A stretch of DNA of 64,000 nt. Origin: Chiloscyllium plagiosum (lineage: Eukaryota). Under the pieces are notes generated by a model. It was given only the letters and a program-made list of their open reading frames with translations, had not been told where the DNA came from and ran no database searches. The DNA lies in NCBI RefSeq assembly GCF_004010195.1, contig NC_057718.1, positions 59,948,137 to 60,012,136 of the forward strand, given 5' to 3'. Below are positions 1 to 12,867 of the stretch, in pieces (the stretch's first letter is position 1; the number at the start of each line of letters is the position of its first letter). The position numbers and the translations under genes were made by a program.

Positions 1-24
1 TTTGACCAAACCTCCAATAACTGC

Positions 25-345
25 AGAGACACACACACAGACACTCACACACACTCCTACAGACACACATACCCACACTCACACATGCACCCTCTCACAG
101 ACTTAGACAACTTTACACTCACACACACACATATATACTCTCTCTCACAGACATTCACAACCCCCACCCCAGACACACACACTCCTACGGACTCACACTC
201 ATACAGACACACATGCACCCTTTCACAGATTTAGACCCTTTTACACTCACACACACACACACATATACACTCTCTCACTCAGACACTCACAACCCCTCAC
301 CCCAGAAGCACACACATACACACACAGAGAAAAACCCACATGCAC
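25..345. repeat. (CA)n-rich degenerate simple repeat, probably part of the adjacent PLE 3' region
   Basis: Imperfect cacacaca/ctcacaga/ctcaca units seen directly. Confidence 0.9.
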
Positions 346-864
346 ATATGCACATATACGTTTGTGGGGTGAATTTGTACTTGCAGAGTTACATTGCACT
401 TTGTTCAAAAACTGCATGAATCCATGCAAGACTCTGTTAACTCACTTTTTAGATTAGAATCAGTCCAAACATTATGGCACAGACAGGGAACACAGGGGAG
501 CTAACACCTTCAACATCTTAACATCTTATCTGGACTGACATCAATTGTTACAGTTAATCTGAGAATGTAACTTTTAAAAAAAGTTTTGTGATTTACATGT
601 GAAAGAAGTGAAACTAATATGGTCCTTCTAACAGAGGAGAGATTTAACAAACAATCAAGGTTTTTTTAAAGGAATCATTTCAGTTACATCACACTGTAAA
701 CCTTTGCTATAAATTCTGTCTTACAATTGTGTACCCCACAACCACCTGATGAAGGAGCAGCACTCCAAAAGCTAGTGCTTCCAATTAAACCTGTTGGACT
801 ATAACCTGGTGTTGTGTGATTTTTTAACTTTGTACACCCCAGTCCAACACCGGCATCTCCAAAT
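346..864 (+). mobile_element. Penelope-like element 3' region/pseudo-LTR (family A)
   Basis: Ends in cacctgatgaaggagcagcactcc-aaaagctagtg...aaacctgttggactataacctggtgttgtgtgattt; the same block recurs twice, inverted, at 63690-63887. Confidence 0.7.
743..777 (+). ncRNA. Minimal hammerhead ribozyme motif, probably inactivated (GAAA>AAAA)
   Basis: CAC-CUGAUGA(746-752)-a-GGAG...CUCC-[A]AAA-G-CUA-GUG; stem I CAC/GUG; palindromic AGCU in place of stem III. Confidence 0.7.
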
Positions 865-1001
865 CAGGCTAGGTGGATTAGCCAGGGGAAATGCAGGATT
901 ATTGGGTAACGGGGTGGGTCTAGGTGGGATGGTCGTTGGAGGGTGGGTGTGGACCCAGTGGGCCAAATGGCCTGCTCCCACACTGTGTGGCTTCTATGAT
1001 T
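865..1001 (+). mobile_element. HE1-type SINE, 3' half
   Basis: aggtggattagcca...ggagggt..gtgtggac...gggccaaatggcctgctcccacactgt matches the 3' half of full copies at 9676-9984 and 11488-11816. Confidence 0.75.
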
Positions 1002-1131
1002 ATAAAGAGCATTTTTTTAAAGCTTCGAATTGATAGCACACAGACCTTCATTGGACAATCTATAATACTGTGGGAAGTAAAAGAACTAGTCAAAGATTCT
1101 CAGATTCTGTTTACAGGTGATGAACAGGATG

Positions 1132-1730
1132 GAGTCATAGAGCTGGACACGATGGAAACAGACAACTTGGTCCAACATGTGCATGTTGACTAGCTACCCT
1201 AAATTAATTTGGTCTCAATGTGGCCCATATCCCTCTAAATTGTTCATATTCATAAACCCATCCAGATGCCGTTTAAATGTTGCAGTTGTACCAGCCCTCT
1301 TGCAGCTCATTCCTTACATGCACCACCCTCTGCCTGAAAACTTTGCCCCTTTGGTCCCTGTTATATCTTTCCTCTTTCACATTCAACCAATGCCCTCTAG
1401 TTTTGGACTCCTGAAGTTGGGAAAAAGCCCTTGCCTATTTACCCTATCCATGTCCCTCATGATTTTATAAACCTCTATAAGGTCACTTCTCAGCTTCCGA
1501 TGTTCTAGGGAAAATAGCCCCAGCCTATTCAGCGTCTCCCTATAGCTCAAACCCTCCAACCCTGGCAACGTCCTTTGAAACCTTTTCTGAATTCTTTCAA
1601 GTTTAACATCTTTCCTATAGCAGGGGATGAGGATTAAATGCAGTATTCCAAAAGTGACCTAACCCATGTCCTGTATAGCCATAACATGACATCTCAACTC
1701 CTATACTCAATGCACTGATCAATATAGGCA
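1132..1730 (-). mobile_element. CR1 (HER1-like) LINE, 5'-truncated 3' fragment
   Basis: Minus ORF PGLEGLSYRETLNRLGLFSLEHRKLRSDLIEVYKIM is the CR1 ORF2 C-terminus; ctatgact tail. Confidence 0.9.
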
Positions 1731-2133
1731 ACTGGACTACATAAACCAAACATGTTGTGAGCTCGATTCCAAGTTTGTGCTGGATTAGCTGAGTACTTCC
1801 AAAACAGAGCAGGAGATTCTTCCGTCCTATTGATTCACTGCTTAACAATCACTTTCTGGATTTCATTATAGAGAATAACCAATAGGCAAGGCACCATATG
1901 ATTCTGTGTATACCAACAAAAATCACCTATTTCAGAGTGGAGAAACTTGGGCTTTATTGCCCAATGTAATAACGTGAAACTCAAGTTATCGCTTTCCATT
2001 GTAATTGCAGCTATTTAAATTATTTGTCATTTCTATAACTGAGAATAGCAATGCACCAGAATGAAATGCCTGTGGCCCAGAATTTCTGATAGGAAATTGG
2101 TCAATGCAGCAGCATAGATTGAAGTTGAGCATT

Positions 2134-5100
2134 GAACATAGAACATAGAATAGTACAGCATATTACAAGCCCTTCGGTGTCCTGACCATTTTTCCTATTC
2201 TAAGATCAAGCTAACCTGTATACTCTTCATTTTATTATCATCTATGTGCCTATCCCAGAGTCTCTTAAATGGCCCTAATGTACCTGACATTACTACCACT
2301 GCTGGCAGTGCATTCCACGCATCCACCACTCTCAGTGCAACAAATTGACATCTCTCATCTCCCCTAAACCTTCCTCCAATCACCTTAAACTTATGTTCCT
2401 TGTGATAGCCATTTCTGCCCTGGGAAAAAGTCTCTGACAATTCATGCTATCTATGCCTCTTATCATCTTGTACACCTTTGTCAAGTTATGTCTCACTTTT
2501 CTTAGCTCCAAAAGCCTTAGCTCCCTCAACCTTTCTACATAAGACACACCCTCCAGTTCAGACAGCATCCTGGTAAATCTCCTCTGCATGCTCTCTAAAG
2601 CTTCCACATCCTTCCTATAATGAGGTGACCAGAACTAAATACAATATTCCAAGTGTGGTCTAACCAGAGCTCTACAGAGCTGCAGCATAACCTCACGGCT
2701 CTTCAACTTAATCTCCCTATTAATGAAAGTCAAGACACCATAGGCCACCTTAACAACCCAATCAATTTGGGTGGCAATTTTGAGGGATCTAAGGACATGG
2801 AGCCCAAGATCCCTCTGTTCCTCCATACGCTGCCACGAATCCTGCCTTTGACCCTGTATTCTGCATTCAAATTAGACCTTCCAAAATGAATCACTTCACA
2901 TGTTTTCAGGTTGAACTCTATCTGCCATTTATCAGGCAAGTTCTGCATCCTGTCAATGGTTTGCAAACTACAACATCGCTCCACATTATCCACCACTCCA
3001 CCAACCTTTGTGTCATTGGTAAACTTACTATCGCCCCCTTCCACTTCCTCATCTAAGTCATTTATAAAAATAACAAAGAGCAGAGGACCCAGAACAGATC
3101 ACTACGGAATACCACTGGTCACCGAGTTCCAGGCTGAATACTTTCCATTTACTACCACCCTCTGTCTTCTATTGGTCAGCTAACTCAGTATGCAGACAGT
3201 CAAATCTCCCTGTATCCAATGCCTCCTTACTTTCTGAATGAGCCTACCATGGGGAAGCTTATCAAACATCTTGCTAAAGTCCATGTATATCACATCCACT
3301 GCTCCATCTTTATCAATGTGTTTTGTCACATCCTCAAATAAGTCAATAAGGTTTGTGAGGTATGATCTGCCCTTCACAAAGCCATGCTGACTATCTCAAA
3401 GCAAACTGTGGTTTCCAAGTAATCATAAATACTGTGTCTCAGAATCCTCTCCAATAATTTGCCCACCACAGACGTAAGACTGACTGGTCAGTAATTCCCA
3501 AGATTATCCCTATTCCCTTTCTTGGACAAGGGAAAACATTTGCCATCCTTCAATCATCTGACACTACTCCATTGGACAGTGAGGATGCAAAAATCATTGC
3601 CAAAGTGCAGCAATCTCTTCCCTCGCTTCCGGTAGTAACCTTGTGTATATCCCGTCTGGCCAAGGGAACTTATCTATCCTCATGTTTTTCAAAATTTTCA
3701 GCACGTCCTCTTTTTTAACATCAACCTGTTTGGACATATTAGCCTGTTTCATGCTGTTGTCTCAAATGACAAGGCCCCTGTTAGTAGTGAATACTGAAGC
3801 AAAATATTCATTAACAACTCTCATACCTCCTCTGACTCCAGACACGGGTTCACTTCACCATTCCTGATTGGTCCCACCCTCACTCTGGTCATCCTCTTGT
3901 TCCTCACATAAGTGTAGAGTGTCTTAGGGTTTTCCTTAATCCTACCCGCTAAAGCTTTTTCATGCCCCCTTCTAGCTCTCCCATGTCCATTCTTCACTTC
4001 CTTCTCTGGCTGACTTGTAACCCTCTAGAGCCCTGTCTGATCCTTGCCTCCTCAACTTTAAATAAGCTTCCTTTTTCCTAATAACTAGATGTTTCACATC
4101 CCTTGTCACTCAATGTTCCTTCACCCTATCATCCATTCTTGCCTCTGTGGGACAAACCTATCCAGCACTATTAGCAAGTGCTCCCTGAACAACCTTCACA
4201 TTTCTGTTGTGCATTTTCCTGTGGACATCTGTTCCAAATTTGGACACCCCAGGTCCCACCTAATAGCATTGTAATTCCCTCTCCCCCAATTAAATACTTT
4301 CCCATACCGTCTGCTCCTATCCCTCTCCATGACTGCAGTAAAGGTCAGGGAGTTGTGATTACAATCATCAAAATGCTATCCCACTGAGAGATCTGACACC
4401 TGGCCTGGTTTGTTGCAAGTACCAAATCCAATATGGCCTCCCCTCCAGTTGGTCTATCTTCATAAAGAGTCAGGAATCCTTCCTGGACACACCTGACAAA
4501 AACCACTACATCCAAACTATTTGAACTAAGGGGGTTCCAATCAATATGAGGGAAGTTAAAGTCACCCATGACAACAACCCTGTGACTTTTCCAAAATCCT
4601 TCTCCAATCTGCTCCTCTGTGTTTCTGTTGCTATTGGGGGGGGGGGGGGGTCCTGTAGAAAACTCCCAATAAAGTGACTGTTCCTTTCATGTATCTGACT
4701 TCCACCATACTGACCCTGTAGACAAACTCTCCTCGATGGCCTCTCTTTCTGCAGCTATCCCTGATTAGCAATGCCACTCCCTCATCTCTTTTACCTCTGC
4801 CCCCATTCCTTTTGAAACATCCAACAACCATTCCTGCCCCCGATATCCAAGTCTCTGTATTGGCTACAACATCATAGTTCCAAGTACTGATCCATGCTCT
4901 GAATTCATCACCCTTATTCCTGATACATCTTGCGTTAAAATAGACATGCTTCAACCCAATTTACTGTCTGCAACCTTGTCCTATCAACTATCTATCTGTC
5001 CTCACAGACTCTCTGCCTGTTCACTAGCTGCTCCATCCTCAGATCCATAGACCTGGTTCCCACTCCCTGCCAAACTAGTTTAAACTCTCCTGAAGAACTC

Positions 5101-5860
5101 TAGCAAACCTCCAGCCCAGGGTATTGGTGCCCCTACAGTTCAGGTGCAACCTGTCCTTCTTGTACTGGTCCCACCTTCCCCTGAAGGTATCCCAATGATC
5201 TACGTATCTGAAGTCCTCCCTCCTGCAGCCACATGTTCATCTGCACTCGCTCTCTGTTCCTAGCCTCACTAGCCCATGGCACCGGTAGCAATCTTGAGAT
5301 TACTACTCTGCTCATCCTGCCTTCTAGATTCCAACCTAACTCCCTATGTTAAATTTTCAGGTCCTTATCCTTTTTCCTTGCTATGCCATTGGTACTAATG
5401 TGTACCACGACTTCTGGCTGCTCACCTTCTCCCTTAAGAATCCTGCAGACTTGATCCGAAACATCCATGACCCTGGCACTCAGGAGGCAACATACCATCT
5501 GGGAGTCTTGTTCGTGACCACAGAATCTCCAGTCTGTTCTTCGAACCATTGCATCTCCTATCACTATTGCTCTCCTATTCTCCACGCTTCCCTTCTGCGC
5601 CACAGTGCCAGAGGCCTGATTACTGAGGCTTTCTCCTGGTAGGTCTTCCCCCACAACAGTATCCAAAATGGTATACTTATTTGGAGTGAGACAGCCACAG
5701 GAGTTCTCTGCATTGTCTGCCTATTCCCCTTCCCTTTCCTGATGGTCACCCAGCTACCTTTATCCTGTAAATTGTGTGCGACTACCTCCCTGTAACTCCT
5801 CTCTATCACCCCCTCAACCTCCCAAATAATCTGAAGTTCATCTAGCTCCAGCTCCAGTTG
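2134..5860 (-). mobile_element. Near-complete decayed CR1 LINE (ORF1 esterase + ORF2 endonuclease-RT + 3' tail)
   Basis: Colinear minus-strand fragments: ORF1 LELELDELQII...RAIVIGDAMVRRTD...PEVVVHISTN (SGNH-like); APE YFNARCIRNK...NTETW and GDFNFPHIDW; RT YMDFSKMFDKLPH and KFTNDTK; LVRPHLEYC; (ttctatg)n tail at 2134-2150; many stops and frameshifts. Confidence 0.95.
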
Positions 5861-6609
5861 GGTCAATATCAAAACCCTGTCACAGTTGACTCTGCAGAAA
5901 TTGCCCAGGAAATTGATATTCCTTTTGGGCAATTTCCTGACATTTGGAAAATTCTGACAAAGTCCTCAATTCAGAGTTATAATCAATGACTGTGGGAGGT
6001 TATAATTTACTTAAGCTTAGTTCTTATCCTGGAGATGATGGAGGAATTAATATCTGCTCCAGCTCCTGAGGATTTATCAAACTGACACACCCCACCCCCC
6101 CCACCCGACTTACCCTCCAACTGAAGTCACTACCAATCCCAACTTGATACCTCCCATCCTGTGAACTAACAGGCACCTACCCAGCAGAACATACCATCCT
6201 GAACCCATTGGACAAAATTTGCTCCCTCCACCAAAAGAAGCTCTGACCCTTTTGGAACTAACACTTCCTCTGACTCAACACGCTTGCTCCCAATGCAACT
6301 TTAATTGTCCTGGAGGAAGTGCTGATGAGCTGCCATCTTGAACCACGGCAGTCCTCGGACAATTGTTTGAACTTTGACCCAGGACTATACAGGGAAAGCT
6401 GGTGAATACTGTTGTAATTAGCACTGCTAATTCAAATCTGAGGTTAAGAATTAAAATAGGGGGAGCTGGAGCAGATGAGAAAGAAGCAGAGTCTGATGGA
6501 GATACCACAGTAGCTGCAGACGATGCTGAGGAAGCCAGGGCAATTAATAGAGACTAGTTTTGAGAACTTCTGACTTTGCATCACCATTTGTGGACACTCA
6601 AAAGTAACA

Positions 6610-7385
6610 GTTGAGAGTATGGTGCTGGAAAAGCACAGCAGGTCAGGCAGCATCCAAAAAGCAGGATAATCGACATTTCGGGCAAAGGCCCTTCATTAGG
6701 AAAGAGGCTGTGAGCTGAGGGGGTGGGGAGATAAATGGGAGGGGCTGGGACTCGGGAGAAGGTAGCGGAGAGTACAATAGGTAGATGGAGGTGGGGTAAT
6801 AGTGATAGGTCAGAGGGGAGGATGGAGTGAATAGGTGGGAAGGAAGATGGACAGGTAGGACCAGTCATGATGGCAGTGCCGAGTTGGAAGGTTGGAACTG
6901 GGGTAAGGTGGGGGGAAGGGAAATGAGGAAACTGGTGAAATCGACATTGATGCAATGAGGTTGGAGGGTCCCGAGCTGGAAGATGAGGTGTTCTTCCTTC
7001 AGGCTTGGATGGTTAGGGAGTGGCAATGGAGGAGGCCCAGGACCTGCATGTCCTAGGCAGATTGGGACAGGGAGTTTGTCCACAGGGTGGTCAGGTTCGT
7101 TGGTGTAGGCGTCCGAGAGACATTCTCTGAAGCGCTCCGTGAGTAGGCATTCTGTCTCAAAAATGGAGAGGAGACCACATTGGGAGCAACGGATACAATA
7201 AATGACACGTGTGGAAGTGTAGGTAAAACTCTGAAGGATGTGGAAAGCTCCTTGGGGCCTTGGACGGAGGTGAGGGGGGGAGGTGTGGACATAGGTTTTG
7301 CAATTCCTGCAATAACAGGTGAAGGTGCAGGGAGGGGAGAGTGGGTTGGTGGGGGCCGTGGACCTGACAAAGGAGTTCCGGGAGG
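6610..7385 (-). mobile_element. Penelope-like element (family B): GIY-YIG domain + pseudo-LTR
   Basis: Minus ORF contains VIYCIRCSQCGLLSIFETECLLTERFRE and EEHLIFQLGTLQPHCINVDF; pLTR with hammerhead-like motif at 6668-6702 (CUAAUGA variant). Confidence 0.9.
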
Positions 7386-8113
7386 ACCAGTTCCACCACA
7401 GATCACACCAGATGGCCTCCTTTAAAAAAAGCAATTTCTCCTCCCACGTGGTCGAGGATGCCCTCCAGCTCATCTCCTCCACTTCCCGCACCTCCGTCCT
7501 TGAACCCCACCCCTCCAACCGCAACAAGGACAGATCCCCCAGTCCTCACCCTCCATCCCACCAACCTCTGTATTCATCGCTTCCCGACCTCTCCGCCCCC
7601 ACCCCAGTCTGACCTATCACCCCGGCACCTTCCCCTGAGGCTGCAGGAATTGCAAAACGTGTGCCCACACCTCCCTCCTAACCTCTGTCCAAGGCCCCAA
7701 AGGAGCCTTCATATCCTTTAGAGTTTTACCTACACTTCCACGCATGTCATTTACTGTATTCGTTGCTCCCGATGCGGTCTCCTCTACATTGTTGAGACAG
7801 GATGCCTACTCACAGAGCGCTTCAGAGAACGTCTCCGGGACACCTGCACCAACCAACCTTACTGCCCTGTGGCCAAACACTTCAACTCCCCCTCCCATTC
7901 AGCCAAGGACATGCAGGTCCTGGGCCTCCTCCATCGCCACTCCCTAACCACCCGATGCCTGGAGGAAGAGTACCCCATCTTCCACCTCTGGACCCTCCAA
8001 CTATACGGCATCAATGTGGATTTCACCAGTTTCCTCATTTCCCCTCCCTCTGCCTTATCCCAGATCCAACCTTACAATTTGGCACCTCCCTCATGACCTG
8101 CCTAACCTGTCCA
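7386..8113 (+). mobile_element. Penelope-like element (family B), second arm head-to-head with 6610-7385
   Basis: gtcatttactgtattcgttgctcccgatgcggtctcctctacattgttgag (VIYCIRCSRCGLLYIVE); AKHFNSPSHSAKDMQVLGLL...GINVDF; cut at ~8113 by a CR1. Confidence 0.9.
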
Positions 8114-9299
8114 TCAGTAAGGCATTCAACAAGGTTCCCCATGGGAGACTGGTTAGCAAGGTTAGATCTCATGGAATACAGGGAGAACTAGCCATTTGGA
8201 TTCAGAACTGGCTCAAAGGTAGAAAACAGAGAGTGGTGGTGGAGGGTTATTTTTCGGACTGAAGGCCTGTGACCAGTGGAGTGCTATAAGGATATGCCAT
8301 AAGTGCCATAATGGTGCTGGGTCCATTACTTTTTGTCATTTATTTAAATGATTTGGATGTGAGCATAAGAGGTATAGTTAGTAAGTTTGCTGATGACACC
8401 AAAATTGGAGATGTAGTGGACAGCGAAGAAGGTTACCTTAGATTACAACAGGATCTTGATCAGTTGGACCAATGGGCTGAGGAGTGGCAGATGGAGTTTA
8501 ATTTAGATAAATGCGAGGTGCTGCAATTTGGGAAAGCAAATCTAAGCAGGACTTATACACTTAACGGTAAGGTCATAGGGAATGTTGCTGAACAAAGAGA
8601 CCTTGGAGTGCAGGTTCATAGCTCCTGAAAAGTAGTGCCGCAGGTAGATAGGATAGTGAAGAAGGCATTAGGTATACTTTCCTTTATTGGTCAGAGTATT
8701 GAGTTTAGGAGTTGGCAGGTCATGTTGCAGCTGTACATGACATTGGTTAGACCACTTTTGGAATATTACATGCAATTCTGGTCTCCTTCCTATCGGAAAG
8801 ATGTTGTGAAACTTGGAAGGGTTCAGAAAAGATTTACAAGGATGTTGCCAGTGTTGGAGGATTTGAACTATCCGGCGAGGATGAATAGTCTGGGGCTGTT
8901 TTACCTGGACTGTTAGAGGCTGAGGGGTAACTTTATAGAGGTCTATAAAATCATGAGGGACATGGATAGGATAAATAGACAAAGTCTTTTCCTTGGGATG
9001 GGGGAGTCCAGACTAGATGGCATAGGTTTAGGGTGAGAGTGGAAAGATATGAAAGAGACCTAAGGGGCAACCTTTTCACACAGAGGATGGTGCATGTATG
9101 GAATGAGCTGCCAGAGGACATAGAAGAGGCTGTTACTATGGCAACATTTAAAAGGCATCTCGATGGGTACATGAATAGGAAGGGTTTGGAGGATATGGGC
9201 CGGGTGCTGGCAAGTGGGACTAGATTAGGTTGGGATATCTGGTCGGCATGGACAAGTTGGACCAAAGAGTCTGTTTCCATGCTGTATATTTCTATGACA
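8114..9299 (+). mobile_element. CR1 (HER1-like) LINE, RT + 3' end
   Basis: SKAFNKVPHGRL, VLGPLLFVIYLND, KFADDTK, LVRPLLEY.MQFWSP motifs; 3' tail tttctatga. Confidence 0.95.
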
Positions 9300-10023
9300 A
9301 TCCTTGGCGTCCTCACTGCATACTGCAAATTGGAGGGACAACACCTCATCTTCTACTTGGGCAGCCTACAGTCCAGAAGACTCAACATTAAATTCTCCAC
9401 TTTCAAATAACCTCCCTCCCCATCCCCCAACACCCTTCCCAGCCCCTCCCCCTCCACCCTTCCCAGCTCCTCCCCCTCCCCCTCCCTTCCACCAACCGGA
9501 TTCATTCCTCCCATTGACCAAACAGGTCAAACCTCTACCTGTCTTCACCGATCCCCACTTCACCACCCTGCCCCGCCACCTCCTTTATCTGCAGCTCCCC
9601 CTATACCACCCCCAGTCCTGAAGAAGGGTTACACATGAAACATTGACTTCTTTACCTCCTGATGCTGCCTAGCTTTAGATTACCTACAGTGTGGAAACAG
9701 GCCCTTCGGCCCAACCAGTCCACACCGACCCTCCAAAGAGTTTCCCACCCAGACCCATTTCCCTCTGACTAATGCACCTAGCACTATGGGCAATTTAGCA
9801 TGGCCAATTCACCTAACCTGCACATCTTTGGAGTGTGGGAGGAAACCAGAGCACCCGGAGGAAACCCGCACAGACACAGGGAGATTGTGCCAACTCCGCA
9901 CAGATATTCAGCTGAGGCTGGAATTGAACCTGGTACCCTGGTGCTGTGAGGCAGAAGTGCTAACCACTGAGCCGTAGTGCCGCCCAGCCTCCTGCTGTCT
10001 ACTTTGGATTCCAGCATCTGCAG
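9300..10023 (+). mobile_element. Penelope-like 3' fragment (family C) with pLTR, interrupted by an HE1 SINE
   Basis: KLEGQHLIFYLGSLQSRRLNIKFS; hammerhead-like AGUC-CUGAAGA...GAAACAUU-GACU at 9614-9648; tail resumes at ~9985 (ccagcctcctgctgtctactttggattccagcatctgcag). Confidence 0.8.
9676..9984 (-). mobile_element. HE1-type tRNA-derived V-SINE, full length
   Basis: Minus: ggcggcact..ggctcagtggttagcact (A box)...ggttcaattcc (B box); central gggtttcctccgggtgctc domain; CR1-like tail gggccgaagggcctgtttcc. Confidence 0.92.
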
Positions 10024-10044
10024 TGGTCAGTCTGGTTTAATTCT

Positions 10045-10350
10045 TTTTTTTAAAGACTTTTTATTAGCTTGCTAGGTTATTTCCAACAGCATTTAAGAAT
10101 AAACTCTATCACTGTTGGTCTTGAGTCACATGTAGGCCAGACCAGATTAAGACAGTACATTTCCCTGAAGGACTTTAGTGAACTACATAGGTTCTTACAA
10201 CAATAACAATAGATTTATACTCATCATTAGACTTTCAGTTCCAAATACTTCATGAGTTCAAATGCCACCATCTGTCATGGTAGGAATCAACCCCAGGTCA
10301 CCAGAGCATTACCTGGGCCTCTGGATTATTAGCTGACCAACAATAACTGC
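10045..10350 (-). mobile_element. tRNA-derived SINE family 2 (degenerate)
   Basis: gagtcacatgtaggccagaccag...gaaggactttagtgaac...ttcaaatgccaccatctg matches 25885-26231. Confidence 0.75.
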
Positions 10351-11487
10351 ACTCCTTGAATAGCCAATTGCGCTTTCTACATGTGTCTGCTCCCCTCCCA
10401 CCTTTGCAACATGTCAGCCAGCCACTCAGTTTAGCAAGGATCCTGATTTTGTCATGCCATTGATTGTGCACACATGGTTGCAGTTATTGTGTATGTTCTT
10501 CTCTTGCAGAACTGAAGAGACATTAACATCCATGAGAATAGGTACATCAACATTAAGCCTGCATTGTTGGACACAGATATGTGAATCTCTTGAGCTGTAA
10601 CTGTCCCAGTGTGACACTTAAAATAAAAATGTGGTATAGAGGAAGATGCAAGGGAGTGGTTCTGAATGAGGGTTGGTTGAGTTTGGCAAAGACCTAGAGA
10701 TGATGGAAATCAATGTTATAAAGTGAAAGGTGTAAATATACTCTGACTAACCTTGATCAGTTTTCAATAACCCTTTTTAACTCAGACACATTATGCTGTG
10801 AGATAGTCAAAGGGGGCAAGAGTAAAGGGAAGGTTCAACACTTATTGAACACTTTATCAAGGAAAAACAATATTTATCAGACTCTATTATTGTACTTTAA
10901 TTAAACTCTATCAGACTCCATCAGTCTCTTCATAGGAACCTTCAGTGAACAATTTTAAACCTCTAAGTAAACAGTTTCAAATTTACACTAGCTATCTATT
11001 CCTGACAAGTGCCTCGGACAATTCACTACATCTGATCCACAATCTCCTACTCCTGCATTTGAACGGTTTATCTGAAAGGACTGGTAATACCCATTCAATA
11101 AGGCTGAGACAGGCTGCTCCTTGGTCTTTGAGGGTTGGTTGATGTTTCAGGATCTGCAGTCATTGATTTGGACTTCCCTTTTTTTAGGGCTGGTTCTGCT
11201 CTTCGGGTCATCTCACTGAGGTGGTCTGTCTGGGTCTGGTCAGTCTGGCATTGCTTGCCACATGGTACAAGGAGCTGGAGATGCTGTGCAGTTCATCTGT
11301 CACTTGAAGGTGTCGTTGAAAAAAAGGTGCAAAAAGCAGAGAGATCTGCTCCACCAAGTTGCCTCTTTTATCCCTCTCTTTGCACTCCTCTCCAAGTTTC
11401 TGTAGCCCGGGTCCAATACTAGCAACAGGCAGACTCAGGAAGATCCAACAAGGTGATTACTTTCCATATGTGGAGGCTGCAGAATAT

Positions 11488-11816
11488 GGGCAGCATGGTG
11501 GATTGGTGATTAGCACTGCTGCCTCACAGCGCCAGAGACCTGGGTTTGATCCAGCCATGGGCGACTGTCTGTGTGGAGTTTGCACATTTTCCCCATGTCT
11601 GGGTGCTCTGGTTTCCTCCCACAATCCAAAGATGTGCAAGTCAGGTGAATTGGCCATGTTAAATTGCCCATAGTGTTCAGGGATGTGTAGGTTAGGTGCG
11701 TCAGTCAGGGGTAAATGTAGAACAGTAGGGGAATGGGTCTGGTAGGATACTCTTCGGAGGGTCGGTATGGACTTACTTGGCTCTAGGACTTGTTTCCATG
11801 CCATAGGGATTCTATG
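11488..11816 (+). mobile_element. HE1-type V-SINE, full length
   Basis: gggcagcatggtgg...ttagcactgctgcctcacagcgccag...tgtggagtttgcacatt...tail gggattctatg. Confidence 0.92.
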
Positions 11817-12867
11817 GTTTTGAACCTTCAACTGTCAAGTGCTGTCCTTGTCACACTGTGCTTCTGGCCTCTTACCAATCTGGTTGAAGAATCCTAACTC
11901 AGCAGGCTCACTGGAGTTGCAAACAATGGTTCGTCCTGAAACAAGAGACTGTTAGCATCTGGCCAGACAGCTCCAGGCCTGTCTGATTTCAGCAGGAGGT
12001 TGCTTGTCCAAGGTTTGGCTGCATGAATGCTGCCTGTTTCAGCTTTACAGTTTTCAAATTGCAGAGTCTGACTAGGTTTAAACTTGGTTTCCACATTTTG
12101 AGATTTCATCAATGCTCATGAGAAAATACCAATATTTCTGTTATAATCCTGGCAGTCATGGGTCACCTGACCACATCAATAGAGTTTTATATGATACATG
12201 CATCTGATATTTGTGTGAGTTGCCTGTCCCTTTGCTGTGTCTTATGCAAACCTTTGGTAAGAAGCTGTGTGATGCATAACATCTCTGAGTTGTGATGGAA
12301 GGTAAGTGAACTATTGGTATGTGTTGAGTATTGTAGCTCATTTCCTGTTTTATATGTCACCCCTGGCAGGTGGCGAAAGGCAATGGTACTGTGCAGTAAG
12401 TAGTACAAGCCGGGGAGGTGCAATGAAGAGGAAACATTGATTGCACATGAGGGATGTGATGGAAATGCCTGGCAGGTAAATTCTGTGGGTGACAGTCCTG
12501 AGGAGCAGCAAACTTATTGCCTCACAATCACAGGGGCATGAAGCAACAAGTGAATAGTGGCACTTACACTGGCATTCATTATCTTCCTACACTGAATCCA
12601 GTCTCATCTCTAGGCACCACAAGCATTGACTGCCACATTTGCCTTTATTCTTGTCACCTTGGGGTTTCCTGATGGATGATCTCCTTTGTTATTTACCCAC
12701 CACCTTGGCTGGTTGCAACAAAGTTATTTTAAAAACAAATTGCTCCCCTTGTGATACCTTTCTCCCAGACCCAAGTGAACTTGCGTTGTAAAGGGAGCCA
12801 TTTTAATCAACCTTTCTTGAGTTAATAAAGATTGAGTTTTTAATTACAAAACGTGAGAAGAATCAGA

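Noticed and set aside
6865..7527. Longest ORF (220 aa) as a host gene
   Set aside because: It reads across the inversion junction of two PLE arms: antisense PLE fused to a decayed GIY-YIG
9930..9984. tRNA genes at A/B-box sequences (also 11488, 26160-26231, 55240-55305)
   Set aside because: They are SINE heads continuing into SINE bodies; no complete cloverleaf seen
10795..12860. Possible solo LTR remnants (also 21180-21640 and 29690-30690)
   Set aside because: Composition is suggestive, but no paired LTRs, clear TG...CA ends, TSD or PBS could be shown
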